Positions 1-8,510 of a stretch of DNA of 40,694 bases are shown here, in pieces. Position 1 is the stretch's first letter. Each line of letters opens with the position of its first letter. The stretch covers positions 1 to 40,694 of the forward strand of contig DATFNI010000285.1 of NCBI GenBank assembly GCA_035266485.1. The letters run 5' to 3'. Source of the DNA: Balneolales bacterium. GTDB taxonomy: Bacteria; Bacteroidota; Rhodothermia; Balneolales; DATFMH01. The position numbers and the translations under genes are program-made. Below the pieces are notes generated by a model. The model saw only the letters and a program-made list of their open reading frames with translations. It was not told the DNA's origin and did no database searches.

Positions 1-1
1 T

Positions 2-412
2 CCAAACTCAATCGGTTATATCACGCTGATTTATGCTCTCCAGAACAACATAGCATTTGGCACCGTCAAAAATAAAGCCGGTAACTTCATCCATCCGACG
101 ATCCAAAGTGTAACCGATGCAGCTGCCAACGCGGCCACAAATGTTCCCGCAGATTTGCGATTTTCCATCACCGATCCTCCCGGTAAAACATCCTATCCTA
201 TCGCCAGTGCAACCTGGTTGATTGTGTATGTAAATCAAACCAACCGTGACATCGGGCAAAAAACGGTTAACTTTCTGCACTGGATCCTTACGGATGGCCA
301 GAAGATGGAACCTGCCATGGATTATGCACCAATACCTGAGGCTATCCAGAAAATGGAGTTAGACCTCCTGGCCAAGGTTAATTACAAAGGAGAGAAACTG
401 TTAAAAGACTAA
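2..412 (+). CDS. pstS: Phosphate ABC transporter substrate-binding protein PstS, C-terminal 136 codons (5' end outside window)
   Basis: The frame is open from position 2 to TAA at 410-412. The translation PNSIGYITLIYALQNN...FSITDPPGKTSYPIASATWLIVYVNQT is about 83% identical to the C-terminus of the complete PstS at 4220-5350. It lies directly upstream of pstCAB-phoU. Confidence 0.9.
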   Translation, partial: PNSIGYITLIYALQNNIAFGTVKNKAGNFIHPTIQSVTDAAANAATNVPADLRFSITDPPGKTSYPIASATWLIVYVNQTNRDIGQKTVNFLHWILTDGQKMEPAMDYAPIPEAIQKMELDLLAKVNYKGEKLLKD

Positions 413-463
413 GTAAAAGATTCAAGCTGCATTTATTGAGCAGTTCTCAAAAATAAATAAGTT

Positions 464-501
464 AAAAGCCTCCTGCGTAAGTCAATGTGGGAGGCTTTTT
501 T
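464..501 (+). terminator. Rho-independent terminator after the partial pstS
   Basis: Stem GCCTCC (468-473) pairs with GGAGGC (490-495) around a 14-16 nt loop and is followed by TTTTTT (496-501). It starts 52 nt after the pstS stop. Confidence 0.75.
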
Positions 502-509
502 ACGGTGAG

Positions 510-548
510 TTAACAATTTCTTAACAATTTCTTAAAGTAGGTTTAACT
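510..548 (+). promoter_or_regulatory. Pho-box-like array: four TTAACA-type hexamers phased at exactly 11 bp
   Basis: TTAACA (510-515), TTAACA (521-526), TTAAAG (532-537) and TTAACT (543-548). The spacers of the first two units are identical (ATTTC). The array lies between the pstS terminator and pstC. It matches the TT(A/T/C)ACA direct-repeat architecture described for Bacillus subtilis PhoP sites. I found no convincing -10 element. Confidence 0.55.
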
Positions 549-712
549 TTTCTATTCTTAGAAAAGACAACAATGACCGTATCTTGGAAATTCTTGAACA
601 ACCTTTTACATAGAAACGCAATCTGTAGTATATTCAGCACACTTGTTAGGGGTCGATTAATAATCTTCGGTGCTGATACAAATTTGGATCTGAAGTCGTC
701 AATCAGAAAAGT

Positions 713-1753
713 GTGAACAAAAATACTGAGAAAACAGATATTTCAATTGGATCTAACCACCCGGATCCGGCATATGACGGTAGCTTAAACCGGGAACAGC
801 CCGGGGGGGAGGCTGGCAAACAGTTGTCTATAGATAACTCATCTCAAAAACCATCGGTACGTCTGAAAGAGGCAACATACCCCGTTTTCAGAGAACGTTT
901 GTTTAATGTGATGGTCACATTATCAGCCATTACCGTACTTATGGTCATTCTTTTGCTTTTTTTGATGCTGGTCATTCATTCACTGCCTTCACTAAAAGCG
1001 TATGGGTTTTCCTTTATTATCGATAATGTTTGGAACCCCATTACCAGCAAGTTTGGGGCCTTGCCTTTCCTGGTTGGTACACTGTTAACTTCATTTGTCG
1101 CACTATTCATTTCAATTCCTTTTTCTTTGGCAATCAGCGTCTTTTTAGGTGAATATGCCAGGGAGAGTCGCTGGGGCGAGGTTCTGCGCAACATGATCGA
1201 ACTGCTGGCCGGAGTTCCCTCTGTGATTTACGGTTTTTGGGGATTGATGATAATGATCCCGTTGGTCAGAGACTTGGCACTGGCTTTAAACGAACCGCCA
1301 TATGGCGTCAGTATTCTTGCTGCATCTCTCATTCTTGCGGTAATGATCGTACCCTATTCTGCGTCAATAAGCCGCGAAGTAATCAGCCTTGTTCCTGATA
1401 ACCTTAAGGAGGCTGCCTTTGCATTGGGAGCCACGCGATATGAAGTGGTACGTTATGTGATCATTCCTCAGAGCTTTTCAGGAATATTTGCCGGAGTTCT
1501 GCTCTCCTTCGGGCGTGCCCTGGGTGAAACAATGGCCGTTACCATGGTGATCGGGAATACCAATACCATTCCAACTGGCCTGTTCAGTACAGGCAATACC
1601 ATGGCCAGTGTCATTGCTAATGAGTTTACCGAGGCCACAACAAACCTGCATTTATCTTCACTCGTTGAGATTGGGTTGTTACTGTTTGTGGTGACCCTGA
1701 TTATCAATTATGCTGGTCGATATATAATCAAAAAATTCTCAATATCTGTATAA
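713..1753 (+). CDS. pstC: Phosphate ABC transporter permease PstC (GTG start, about 60-aa hydrophilic N-terminal extension)
   Basis: 346-aa multi-pass membrane protein with the ABC permease EAA-like loop (KEAAFALGATRYEVV). It precedes pstA with a 1-nt stop/start overlap. GTG at 713 is the first start codon after the in-frame TGA at 674-676. Confidence 0.9.
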   Translation: MNKNTEKTDISIGSNHPDPAYDGSLNREQPGGEAGKQLSIDNSSQKPSVRLKEATYPVFRERLFNVMVTLSAITVLMVILLLFLMLVIHSLPSLKAYGFSFIIDNVWNPITSKFGALPFLVGTLLTSFVALFISIPFSLAISVFLGEYARESRWGEVLRNMIELLAGVPSVIYGFWGLMIMIPLVRDLALALNEPPYGVSILAASLILAVMIVPYSASISREVISLVPDNLKEAAFALGATRYEVVRYVIIPQSFSGIFAGVLLSFGRALGETMAVTMVIGNTNTIPTGLFSTGNTMASVIANEFTEATTNLHLSSLVEIGLLLFVVTLIINYAGRYIIKKFSISV

Positions 1754-2601
1754 TGCGCGAACCGATCATTGGTTTACGAAAACTTAGAAACAATACGTTC
1801 ATAACGATCGTAACAACATTGGCGGTTATCTCGGCGCTCCCTTTGATTTTCATCATCTTTTATGTATTGAAACAGGGGATATCAGCCATAAACTGGCAGT
1901 TTTTCGTTGCGTTACCCAAACCGGTTGGAGAAGTGGGCGGAGGAATTGCCAACGCATTGGTAGGTACCATATTAATTGTATTAGTAGCGTCGTTAATGGC
2001 TATTCCATTCGGATTGATGGCCGGCGTCTACCTGGCAGAACATCCGGATAATAAATTATCCAATGCCACCCGGTTGTGTGTTGAAGTCCTGAATGGCACA
2101 CCGTCAATTGTAGTCGGTGTGTTTGCATATCTGGTCATTGTAATGAGTATGGGAAGTTTTAGTGGATTTTCAGGCAGCTTTGCATTGGCGGTAATGATGC
2201 TTCCGCTCGTGGTCCGGACCACCGAGGAAACCCTGAAACTGATACCCGATACTCTAAAGGAAGCTGCCCTCTCATTAGGTGCACCATATTATCGTGTTAT
2301 CTTTAAGGTTGTGATTCCATCGGGTCTCAGTGGTATCGTCAACGGAATTATGCTCGCCATAGCACGCGTAACCGGGGAGACGGCTCCTTTGCTGTTCACG
2401 GCATTTGGTAATGACTTTATGAACTTGAATATTTTCAGGCCAATGGGTAACCTCCCGCTCGTAATATTTAATTATGCCATGAGTCCATATAAAGACTGGC
2501 ACAGAATCGCATGGGGGGCGTCTCTGGTTCTCGTTGGAATGGTTTTGTTAATGAATCTTTTAAGCAGATGGGTTATTAAAAAATGGAAGGTGCGATTTTA
2601 G
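1753..2601 (+). CDS. pstA: Phosphate ABC transporter permease PstA
   Basis: 282-aa membrane protein with the permease loop [21 protein letters not shown]. Its ATG overlaps the pstC TAA by 1 nt. Position is between pstC and pstB. Confidence 0.9.
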   Translation: MREPIIGLRKLRNNTFITIVTTLAVISALPLIFIIFYVLKQGISAINWQFFVALPKPVGEVGGGIANALVGTILIVLVASLMAIPFGLMAGVYLAEHPDNKLSNATRLCVEVLNGTPSIVVGVFAYLVIVMSMGSFSGFSGSFALAVMMLPLVVRTTEETLKLIPDTLKEAALSLGAPYYRVIFKVVIPSGLSGIVNGIMLAIARVTGETAPLLFTAFGNDFMNLNIFRPMGNLPLVIFNYAMSPYKDWHRIAWGASLVLVGMVLLMNLLSRWVIKKWKVRF

Positions 2602-3341
2602 TTACTAAAGACCTGAAAGCCTGGTATGGGGATAACCTGGTACTCAAGAATATTTCAATGTCTTTTCCCCGCAACCGCATAATCGCAGTGATGGGCCCCT
2701 CAGGATGTGGTAAGTCAACATTTATTCGTTGTCTTAACCGGATTCACGAACTAACACCCGGTGCACATGCGGAAGGATCCGTTAAGCTGGATGGTGATGA
2801 GATATATTCTATGCCGGCTATCGTCCTGCGAAGAAAAGTGGGAATGGTGTTTCAGAAGCCGAATCCTTTTCCAACAATGAGTATTTATGATAATGTTCTG
2901 GCCGGTTACAAGCTGAACAACATCCGCCTCTCCAGGCAGGAGCGAGACGAAATTGCTCATGAGGCATTGCAGGGAGCCGGACTCTGGGAAGAGGTCAAGG
3001 ATATGTTGCACCAGAAGGGCACCTTTCTTTCCGGGGGACAACAACAGCGGCTTTGCATCGCCCGAACGATCGCTATGAGACCCGAGGTGTTGCTTTTGGA
3101 CGAACCGACGTCGGCGCTTGATCCGATTTCTTCAGGAAAAATTGAAGATCTTATTGTTGAACTTAAGAAGCAGTATACGATAATCATCGTTACCCATAAT
3201 ATGCAACAGGCGGCACGTGTAAGTGATCGTACTGCTTTTTTCTACCTTGGAGAGCTGACAGAGTATGGTCAGACGAAAGAAGTGTTTACGAATCCCAAAA
3301 ATTCCAAGACACAGAGTTATATTACGGGAAGATTCAGCTAA
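2583..3341 (+). CDS. pstB: Phosphate ABC transporter ATP-binding protein PstB
   Basis: Walker [13 protein letters not shown] signature [13 protein letters not shown] and Walker [12 protein letters not shown]. The N-terminus ([16 protein letters not shown]) is typical of PstB. It overlaps the pstA end by 19 nt. Confidence 0.95.
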   Translation: MEGAILVTKDLKAWYGDNLVLKNISMSFPRNRIIAVMGPSGCGKSTFIRCLNRIHELTPGAHAEGSVKLDGDEIYSMPAIVLRRKVGMVFQKPNPFPTMSIYDNVLAGYKLNNIRLSRQERDEIAHEALQGAGLWEEVKDMLHQKGTFLSGGQQQRLCIARTIAMRPEVLLLDEPTSALDPISSGKIEDLIVELKKQYTIIIVTHNMQQAARVSDRTAFFYLGELTEYGQTKEVFTNPKNSKTQSYITGRFS

Positions 3342-3364
3342 TTTTTTGATTTGGACAGCTTGTT

Positions 3365-4039
3365 ATGACACAATTACAGACAGAAATTCATCAGTTAAAG
3401 AATGACATCCTCGAGATGTTCCGCATGGTCTCAATACAGATGATCAAGGCGGAACAGTCTCTGACGAAATTTGATCCCGATATGGCCCATGAGGTCGTGG
3501 CCAAAGAAAAGAGAGTGAATGCCTACGAACTAAAACTGGATCGGGATTGCGAAGATATTTTTGCGCTCTATAACCCGATGGCAGTCGACCTCCGGTTCGT
3601 ACTGGCCGTTCTCAAGATCAACACCAACCTGGAACGGCTTGGTGATATTGCGGATGGAATTGCAAGACTCGTGATCGATCAAAACGAGCCCTATTCGCAG
3701 GATCTGCTCGAGCGTAGCCAGGTTTTGGTCATGTTTGATGCCGTAAAAATAATGCTGTCTGATGCCGCTCAGGCTTTTGAAAATGAGGATTCCCGACTTG
3801 CGCGATCAATATTCAAAAGAGATGAAACATTGAATGAAATCAATGGAGATGCCAATCACATCATCTCAGAACTGGTGAAATCCTATCCGGATTCTTTGTT
3901 CCAGTGCTTTAATCTGATCTCCATGATTCGCAAACTGGAACGGGCAGGTGATCAGATCAAAAACATTGCAGAAGAGATCATCTTTTACATTGAAGCCAAG
4001 GTCCTAAAACATAAGCCAGGCAAAAGAAACGGTGTATAG
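3365..4039 (+). CDS. phoU: Phosphate signalling complex protein PhoU
   Basis: 224 aa with two PhoU repeats, each carrying the ERxGD motif (LERLGDIADGIA and LERAGDQIKNIAEEI). It lies directly downstream of pstB. Confidence 0.9.
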   Translation: MTQLQTEIHQLKNDILEMFRMVSIQMIKAEQSLTKFDPDMAHEVVAKEKRVNAYELKLDRDCEDIFALYNPMAVDLRFVLAVLKINTNLERLGDIADGIARLVIDQNEPYSQDLLERSQVLVMFDAVKIMLSDAAQAFENEDSRLARSIFKRDETLNEINGDANHIISELVKSYPDSLFQCFNLISMIRKLERAGDQIKNIAEEIIFYIEAKVLKHKPGKRNGV

Positions 4040-4155
4040 TCTTATTCTTGATTACCAGGGGTAGAAGAAAGGGTAAGCGCGCTGCTTTTTATGTGAGGCC
4101 AGGTTTATAGGCTCCAATCTCATATGTCCACCCACCCTCCCAATTAACAGCAAAT

Positions 4156-4184
4156 AAAAAAGCCCGCAACATATAGCTGCGGGC
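4156..4184 (-). terminator. Rho-independent terminator of the second pstS (may also stop phoU readthrough)
   Basis: GCCCGCA (4162-4168) pairs with TGCGGGC (4178-4184) around a 9-nt loop. On the minus strand the stem is followed by TTTTTT (plus-strand A-run 4156-4161). It lies between the convergent phoU and pstS. Confidence 0.7.
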
Positions 4185-4219
4185 CCAGGCACTCTCTCTT
4201 GTAATTAAAAATGTCTATC

Positions 4220-5350
4220 TCAGTTGTTCATTGTCAAAAGGCTCTGCCCGTTATAGTTGACCTTCTTGAGCAGATTCAGCTCCTTTTTTTGGATAGCTTT
4301 TGGTATTGGAGCATAATCGAGCTTCGATTCCATTTTTTGGCCATCGGTAAGAACCCAGTGCAGAAACTTCACGGTTTTTTCACCTGCTTCCTTGTTGGTC
4401 TGGTTAACGTAAACGATCAACCAGGTTGCGCTGGCGATAGGATAGGATGTTTTACCGGGAGGATCGGTGATGGAAAACCGCAGATCGTTGGGAACGTCGG
4501 TTGCTGCATTTGCTGCCGCCGCGGTCACGCTTTGGATCGTCGGATGGATGAAATAGCCTGCCTTATTTTTGACGGAGCCAAATGCTATGTTGTTCTGGAG
4601 GGCATAAATCAGCGTGATATAACCGATTGAGTTGGGAGTACGCTGGATGTCCGCAGCAACCCCCTGATTGCCTTTGGCACCCAGACCGACCGGCCATTGA
4701 ACGCTCGTTCCACGTCCGACATTACTATTCCATTCTTTGGAAACTTTGCAAAGGTAGTCGACAAATATGTACGTGTCGCCGCTGCCGTCGGAACGGTGAA
4801 CGACAATAATCTGATTGTCAGGAAGATTCACTCCCGGGTTCAGGGCTTTGATTCGGGGGTCATTCCACTTTTTGATTTTACCCAGAAAGATATCAGCAAG
4901 AACCGGCCCCGAGAATTTAAGGACCCCTTTAACTCCGGGGACGTTATAGGATACCGTAACAGCACCCATAGCATCGGGAAGGTGAATAACCGGACCGTGT
5001 GCCTTTTCGGCTGCGGCCATTTGCTCATCGTTTAACGGAGCATCGCTGGCACCAATTTCAACGGTCCCATTGAGTAACTGGCGGATACCGCCTCCGCTGC
5101 CGATGGCCTGATAGTTGAATTCGATATCCGGATGCATTTTGTGATATTCGTCTGTCCACTTTGAGAACATCGGATAGATGAAGGTAGATCCGGCTCCGTT
5201 GATCATCGTCGTACCGGAACTCATCGCTGTTTGGCCACCCTGGGCTGCTTCTCCCTGGGTATTTTTATTCCCGCTTTTTTTGCTACAAGCATACAAACCC
5301 ATACCCATCACCAAAAACAGAACGAGAAATTTATATGATTGATACTTCAT
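4220..5350 (-). CDS. pstS: Phosphate ABC transporter substrate-binding lipoprotein PstS (second, complete copy)
   Basis: 376 aa with a signal peptide and a lipobox-like GLYAC. PstS-type motifs are GAGSTFIYP, AIGSGGG and SDGSGDT. It is a paralogue of the partial copy at 2-412. Confidence 0.92.
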   Translation of the reverse strand: MKYQSYKFLVLFLVMGMGLYACSKKSGNKNTQGEAAQGGQTAMSSGTTMINGAGSTFIYPMFSKWTDEYHKMHPDIEFNYQAIGSGGGIRQLLNGTVEIGASDAPLNDEQMAAAEKAHGPVIHLPDAMGAVTVSYNVPGVKGVLKFSGPVLADIFLGKIKKWNDPRIKALNPGVNLPDNQIIVVHRSDGSGDTYIFVDYLCKVSKEWNSNVGRGTSVQWPVGLGAKGNQGVAADIQRTPNSIGYITLIYALQNNIAFGSVKNKAGYFIHPTIQSVTAAAANAATDVPNDLRFSITDPPGKTSYPIASATWLIVYVNQTNKEAGEKTVKFLHWVLTDGQKMESKLDYAPIPKAIQKKELNLLKKVNYNGQSLLTMNN

Positions 5351-5435
5351 GTTAATTAGTTGCTTTAGATTTTTCTTGTTAGTGGCACTTATTTGTTATT
5401 GCTGTTTACCAACTCGCGTCGTTAAGCTATTCTTG

Positions 5436-6512
5436 TCAGAAAGAGTAGTAAAAAGTTACGCGACCAACAACATCGGCCTTCTTACTGGCTGCACCATTCT
5501 TGGCGGAGTAACTATTGACCCAGATATTCGGCATAAAGTGCACGTTTTTGGTCGGCAGATAGTCAAGTCCGAAGAGAATGAAGTGCTCGTTGTAATTATC
5601 GAGTTTATCTGGATTGTAAAGATCAACACGGGCAAAACCATTCAGTTTGTCTTTCACGAGTTGTCCGTGGGTAAAGATCGACAATCCGGATGGATTCGCA
5701 CTGACTGTATGATTCATCACCGCATTTTTCTTCGTTTGTGTAACTCCTGAAACACCCACAGTAAATGTCGGGATCTGATAACCTACAAACCCTTTAAAAG
5801 TAGTTGTCGCCAGATTGGTCCCATTACCGTTACTGCCGCCTTCATAATCGGTGTAGGCTTCCAGGATAAGTCCGTTGTGCAGTTTAGCATGCAACTCAAG
5901 ATAGATTTTTTTGTATTTATTATTCTCAGGTTTGGCTCCTGTCCCGTTTCCGATCATAACGGTATAACCAAGAATACCTTCTTTACTGAAGTTACCGGTC
6001 AGAGCTACGCCCAGATCGTTGGAACCCCCAAATTTACGCATGTCGAGCAGGGTTTTTTCAACGGAACGGTAGCCCCAGATATGCTCGGTAAACGTAGCGA
6101 ACGTCGGTGTGCCGGTGTGACCGACAATCAAGTTGCCATATGGGATGATATCTTTAATATCCACTTCTGCATCTTTAAGATAGAAACCACGGTTTCCATC
6201 TGGCAAAAGGTCCCCTTCATGAGCCAGTTCTATCTTTGCTGTAATTTTCGGGGCAAAGTTATAGGTGTATCCGAAATATACCCTTCGGATATCAAATGCA
6301 TTAAAATTCTTAGGGGTTTGAGCGTATTGGGCATGGCTGAAGGACGCATCACCGGTGCCGTTAAATTTGTAGTAATAATCGCCAAAAAACTGGACGAAAA
6401 CCTTACCACTTCGTTTAAAACCACTCTGATCCTGTGCATGAGCTGAATAAAAAGGTGCAACAGTGGCTAGTGTAATGAAGAAAAGAATTAACCTAATACT
6501 GCTATTTTTCAT
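5436..6512 (-). CDS. Outer-membrane beta-barrel porin, probably phosphate-selective (OprO/OprP-like) from context
   Basis: 358 aa with signal peptide MKNSSIRLILFFITLATVAPFYSAHAQ, alternating amphipathic strands rich in G, Y and T, and a C-terminal ...VTFYYSF. It lies 85 nt upstream of pstS on the same strand and has a Pho-box-type promoter at 6606-6645. Phosphate selectivity is inferred from context only. Confidence 0.6.
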   Translation of the reverse strand: MKNSSIRLILFFITLATVAPFYSAHAQDQSGFKRSGKVFVQFFGDYYYKFNGTGDASFSHAQYAQTPKNFNAFDIRRVYFGYTYNFAPKITAKIELAHEGDLLPDGNRGFYLKDAEVDIKDIIPYGNLIVGHTGTPTFATFTEHIWGYRSVEKTLLDMRKFGGSNDLGVALTGNFSKEGILGYTVMIGNGTGAKPENNKYKKIYLELHAKLHNGLILEAYTDYEGGSNGNGTNLATTTFKGFVGYQIPTFTVGVSGVTQTKKNAVMNHTVSANPSGLSIFTHGQLVKDKLNGFARVDLYNPDKLDNYNEHFILFGLDYLPTKNVHFMPNIWVNSYSAKNGAASKKADVVGRVTFYYSF

Positions 6513-6605
6513 TTTAGAAGGATTTTAATTGATAAGTTGTTGTATCGACGACACATCGCATCATGGTTTCAATTATCCCCGATGCACCCGTAAGAAATCG
6601 CTGCT

Positions 6606-6645
6606 ATATTACTAGAGTTTTACAGAGGTGTTAAGTAATTGTTAA
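6606..6645 (-). promoter_or_regulatory. Pho-box-type promoter of the porin-pstS unit
   Basis: The minus strand reads TTAACA-attac-TTAACA (plus coordinates 6640-6645 and 6629-6634, 11-bp phasing). A 17-nt spacer follows, then TAATAT (6606-6611). The proximal box therefore sits in the -35 position, about 95 nt upstream of the porin ATG. Confidence 0.6.
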
Positions 6646-6975
6646 GGGACAGCCTGAGTCATTATTTAAAAATCATCATATCTCAATTATTAACAATTAA
6701 ATACATCAAAAATGACAGATTCCTGTTTAAAGAATTCGTTTAGTGATGAAATAGACCCATTTGTTTTTTCACGTGTTTTCTGGTCGCAAATTTTAAAGAT
6801 ACTCTCTCCCCGTTTCTGAATAACGGCATTAGAGTTAATCTGAAGATGATAGATTTAGAAACCGGCTAAGTAACAGCACTGACGAATCCGTTCAGGCATA
6901 CCAAACGCCCCTCCGGCGGCCGCGGCCATTCTTTTTGCTCTCTCTCGCTAGATTAACGTCAGTTCGATATAAGGA

Positions 6976-7092
6976 CCTTCTCACCTACCACCATTTCCCG
7001 TCCCGACCTTCGGGATGAATTCTACCAGGTGCCAAACGCTCGTACCTTACGAAGATTCCCGATCAGGGTCGGTAATGACGGGTAGGAGAAGG
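6976..7092. repeat. GC-rich interrupted hairpin of about 117 nt (REP-like element or structured RNA)
   Basis: Pairing segments: CCTTCTC (6976-6982) with GAGAAGG (7086-7092); CTACC (6985-6989) with GGTAG (7081-7085); CGTC (6999-7002) with GACG (7077-7080); CCGACC (7003-7008) with GGTCGG (7067-7072); CGGGA (7011-7015) with TCCCG (7057-7061). The minus strand contains GTCATTACCGACCCTGATCGGGAATC. Confidence 0.5.
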
Positions 7093-7238
7093 GAGCATGG
7101 TACTGATTGAACCGTTTTGTCATCGTTTCTATCCCTATTCCTCATTTATCTTTCCCTAACTCACGTTAATCATACAGCTTACCGTGAATAATTCGGGTTA
7201 TCTCTCTTCTATATCTATTCACTGATTTTGAGTACGAA

Positions 7239-7293
7239 TAAAAAAGGCCTGAAGGAATTTCATCGTTTATACACGAAAATCCCATCAGGCCTG
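7239..7293 (-). terminator. Rho-independent terminator of pgk (long hairpin)
   Basis: AGGCCTGA (7245-7252) pairs with TCAGGCCT (7285-7292), with further pairing inside the loop. On the minus strand it is followed by TTTTTT (plus-strand A-run 7240-7245). It begins about 25 nt after the pgk stop. Confidence 0.7.
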
Positions 7294-7316
7294 AAAATTA
7301 AAAGATCAGTCTGTAA

Positions 7317-8510
7317 CTACTTGTCGGTAAGCGACGTGATACCCGGGAGTTCCTTGCCTTCCAGGTACTCAAGACTAGCACCACCACCGGTTGATACGTG
7401 GGAAACCTTATCAGCCAAACCCGCTTTTTTGATGGCAGACGCGGAATCGCCACCGCCAATAATTGTGGTAGCACCTTTATCAGTGGCTTCAGCCATGGCT
7501 TCTGCAATCACGAATGTTCCTTTAGCAAAGTTGTCCATTTCAAAGACACCCATCGGTCCGTTCCAGACCACGGTCTTTGCATTGCGAACGATATCACCAA
7601 ACAGCTTTTGCGTCTTGCTGCCAATGTCCACGGCCAGCCATCCGTCCGGGATGCCATCTTCACCAACTTCCTTATGATTAGCTTCGTTTTTGAAATCATC
7701 AGCCACCATCGAATCAACCGGCAGCTTCAGATCCACGCCCTTATCAGCGGCTTTCTTCATCAGCTCGGCAGCCAAATCCACTTTATCTGCTTCCAGTAAC
7801 GATTTCCCGATAGGCAGGCCTTTTGCTTTATAAAAGGTATATGTCATTCCTCCACCGACGATGATCGTATCTACTTTGTTCAGCAGATTTTCGATCACCC
7901 CGATTTTGTCGGATACTTTAGCTCCGCCCAATACCGCCACGAATGGCCGAACCGGATCGTTGACCGCCCCTTCCAGGTATTTTATTTCCTTTTCCAGAAG
8001 GAATCCGGCAGCCGCAGGTTGAAGAAATTGGGTAATTCCGGCTACCGAGCAGTGGGCCCGGTGAGAACTTCCGAATGCATCATTGATAAACAAATCACCA
8101 AGAGCGGCAAACTGTTTGGATAAATTCTCATCATTTTTGGTCTCGCCGGCGTGAAAACGAACATTTTCCAACAAAACGATTTCGCCCGGTTTAGCAGCAT
8201 CGATTGCTTTCTTTGCTTCCTCTCCGATACAGTCGTTTCCAAAATGAACCTTCGTATCCACCAGTTTCTTAAGATGTTCCGCTACCGGTTTGAGACTGAA
8301 CTCAGGCTTGGGTTCTCCTTTAGGACGGCCCAGGTGACTGAGCAGAATGCACAAGCCGCCATGTTCGGTTACATATTTAATGCTGGGAAGGGCCTGAACA
8401 ATGCGATTGTCATCGGTTATTACGCCGTTATTAAGTGGGACGTTGAAATCAACGCGCATTACAACTTTTTTACCGTTAACGTCGACGTCGCGTATAGTTA
8501 ATTTTGCCAT
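7317..8510 (-). CDS. pgk: Phosphoglycerate kinase
   Basis: 397 aa. The N-terminus [13 protein letters not shown], plus [19 protein letters not shown] and TGGGASLE, are all classical Pgk motifs. Confidence 0.97.
   Translation of the reverse strand: MAKLTIRDVDVNGKKVVMRVDFNVPLNNGVITDDNRIVQALPSIKYVTEHGGLCILLSHLGRPKGEPKPEFSLKPVAEHLKKLVDTKVHFGNDCIGEEAKKAIDAAKPGEIVLLENVRFHAGETKNDENLSKQFAALGDLFINDAFGSSHRAHCSVAGITQFLQPAAAGFLLEKEIKYLEGAVNDPVRPFVAVLGGAKVSDKIGVIENLLNKVDTIIVGGGMTYTFYKAKGLPIGKSLLEADKVDLAAELMKKAADKGVDLKLPVDSMVADDFKNEANHKEVGEDGIPDGWLAVDIGSKTQKLFGDIVRNAKTVVWNGPMGVFEMDNFAKGTFVIAEAMAEATDKGATTIIGGGDSASAIKKAGLADKVSHVSTGGGASLEYLEGKELPGITSLTDK

Noticed and set aside
8-280. Antisense ORFs inside both pstS copies (8-280 minus and 4211-4630 plus) with similar translations (QPGC.GDRIGCFTGRIGDGK)
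   Set aside because: They mirror the conserved pstS coding sequence on the opposite strand. Their mutual similarity is a by-product of the paralogy, and the sense frames have clear PstS motifs.
5351-5435. Possible separate Pho box in front of the second pstS (TTAACG, TAAACA, ATAACA, CTAACA on the minus strand)
   Set aside because: The hexamers are not phased at 11 bp (spacings of 9 and 17) and no -10 follows at a sensible distance. Co-transcription with the porin is the simpler reading.
6712-6819. 35-codon ORF (MTDSCLKNSFSDEIDPFVFSRVFWSQILKILSPRF) and two 32-33-codon minus-strand ORFs across the hairpin in the large spacer
   Set aside because: They have no SD-like sequence and no recognisable motif, and their length is compatible with chance in AT-rich DNA.
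6857-6879. AGAAACCGGCTAAG resembles the conserved ACAGAACCCGGCUUA near the 3' end of RNase P RNA, and the adjacent minus-strand GTGCTGTT resembles an SRP RNA motif
   Set aside because: No GAGGAAAGTCC (P4) element or other RNase P core lies in the AT-rich 350 nt upstream. No GGAAGCAGC-type SRP domain IV motif is nearby. Isolated short matches are expected by chance.
6955-6975. GTTCGAT, a T-loop-like sequence suggesting a tRNA
   Set aside because: The flanking bases cannot form a 5-bp T-stem, and no acceptor or anticodon arms can be drawn.
7041-7051. The 11-mer CGTACCTTACG recurs in reverse complement at 33909-33919
   Set aside because: Hundreds of shared 11-mers are expected by chance in a 40-kb window when both orientations are considered, and the match does not extend further.
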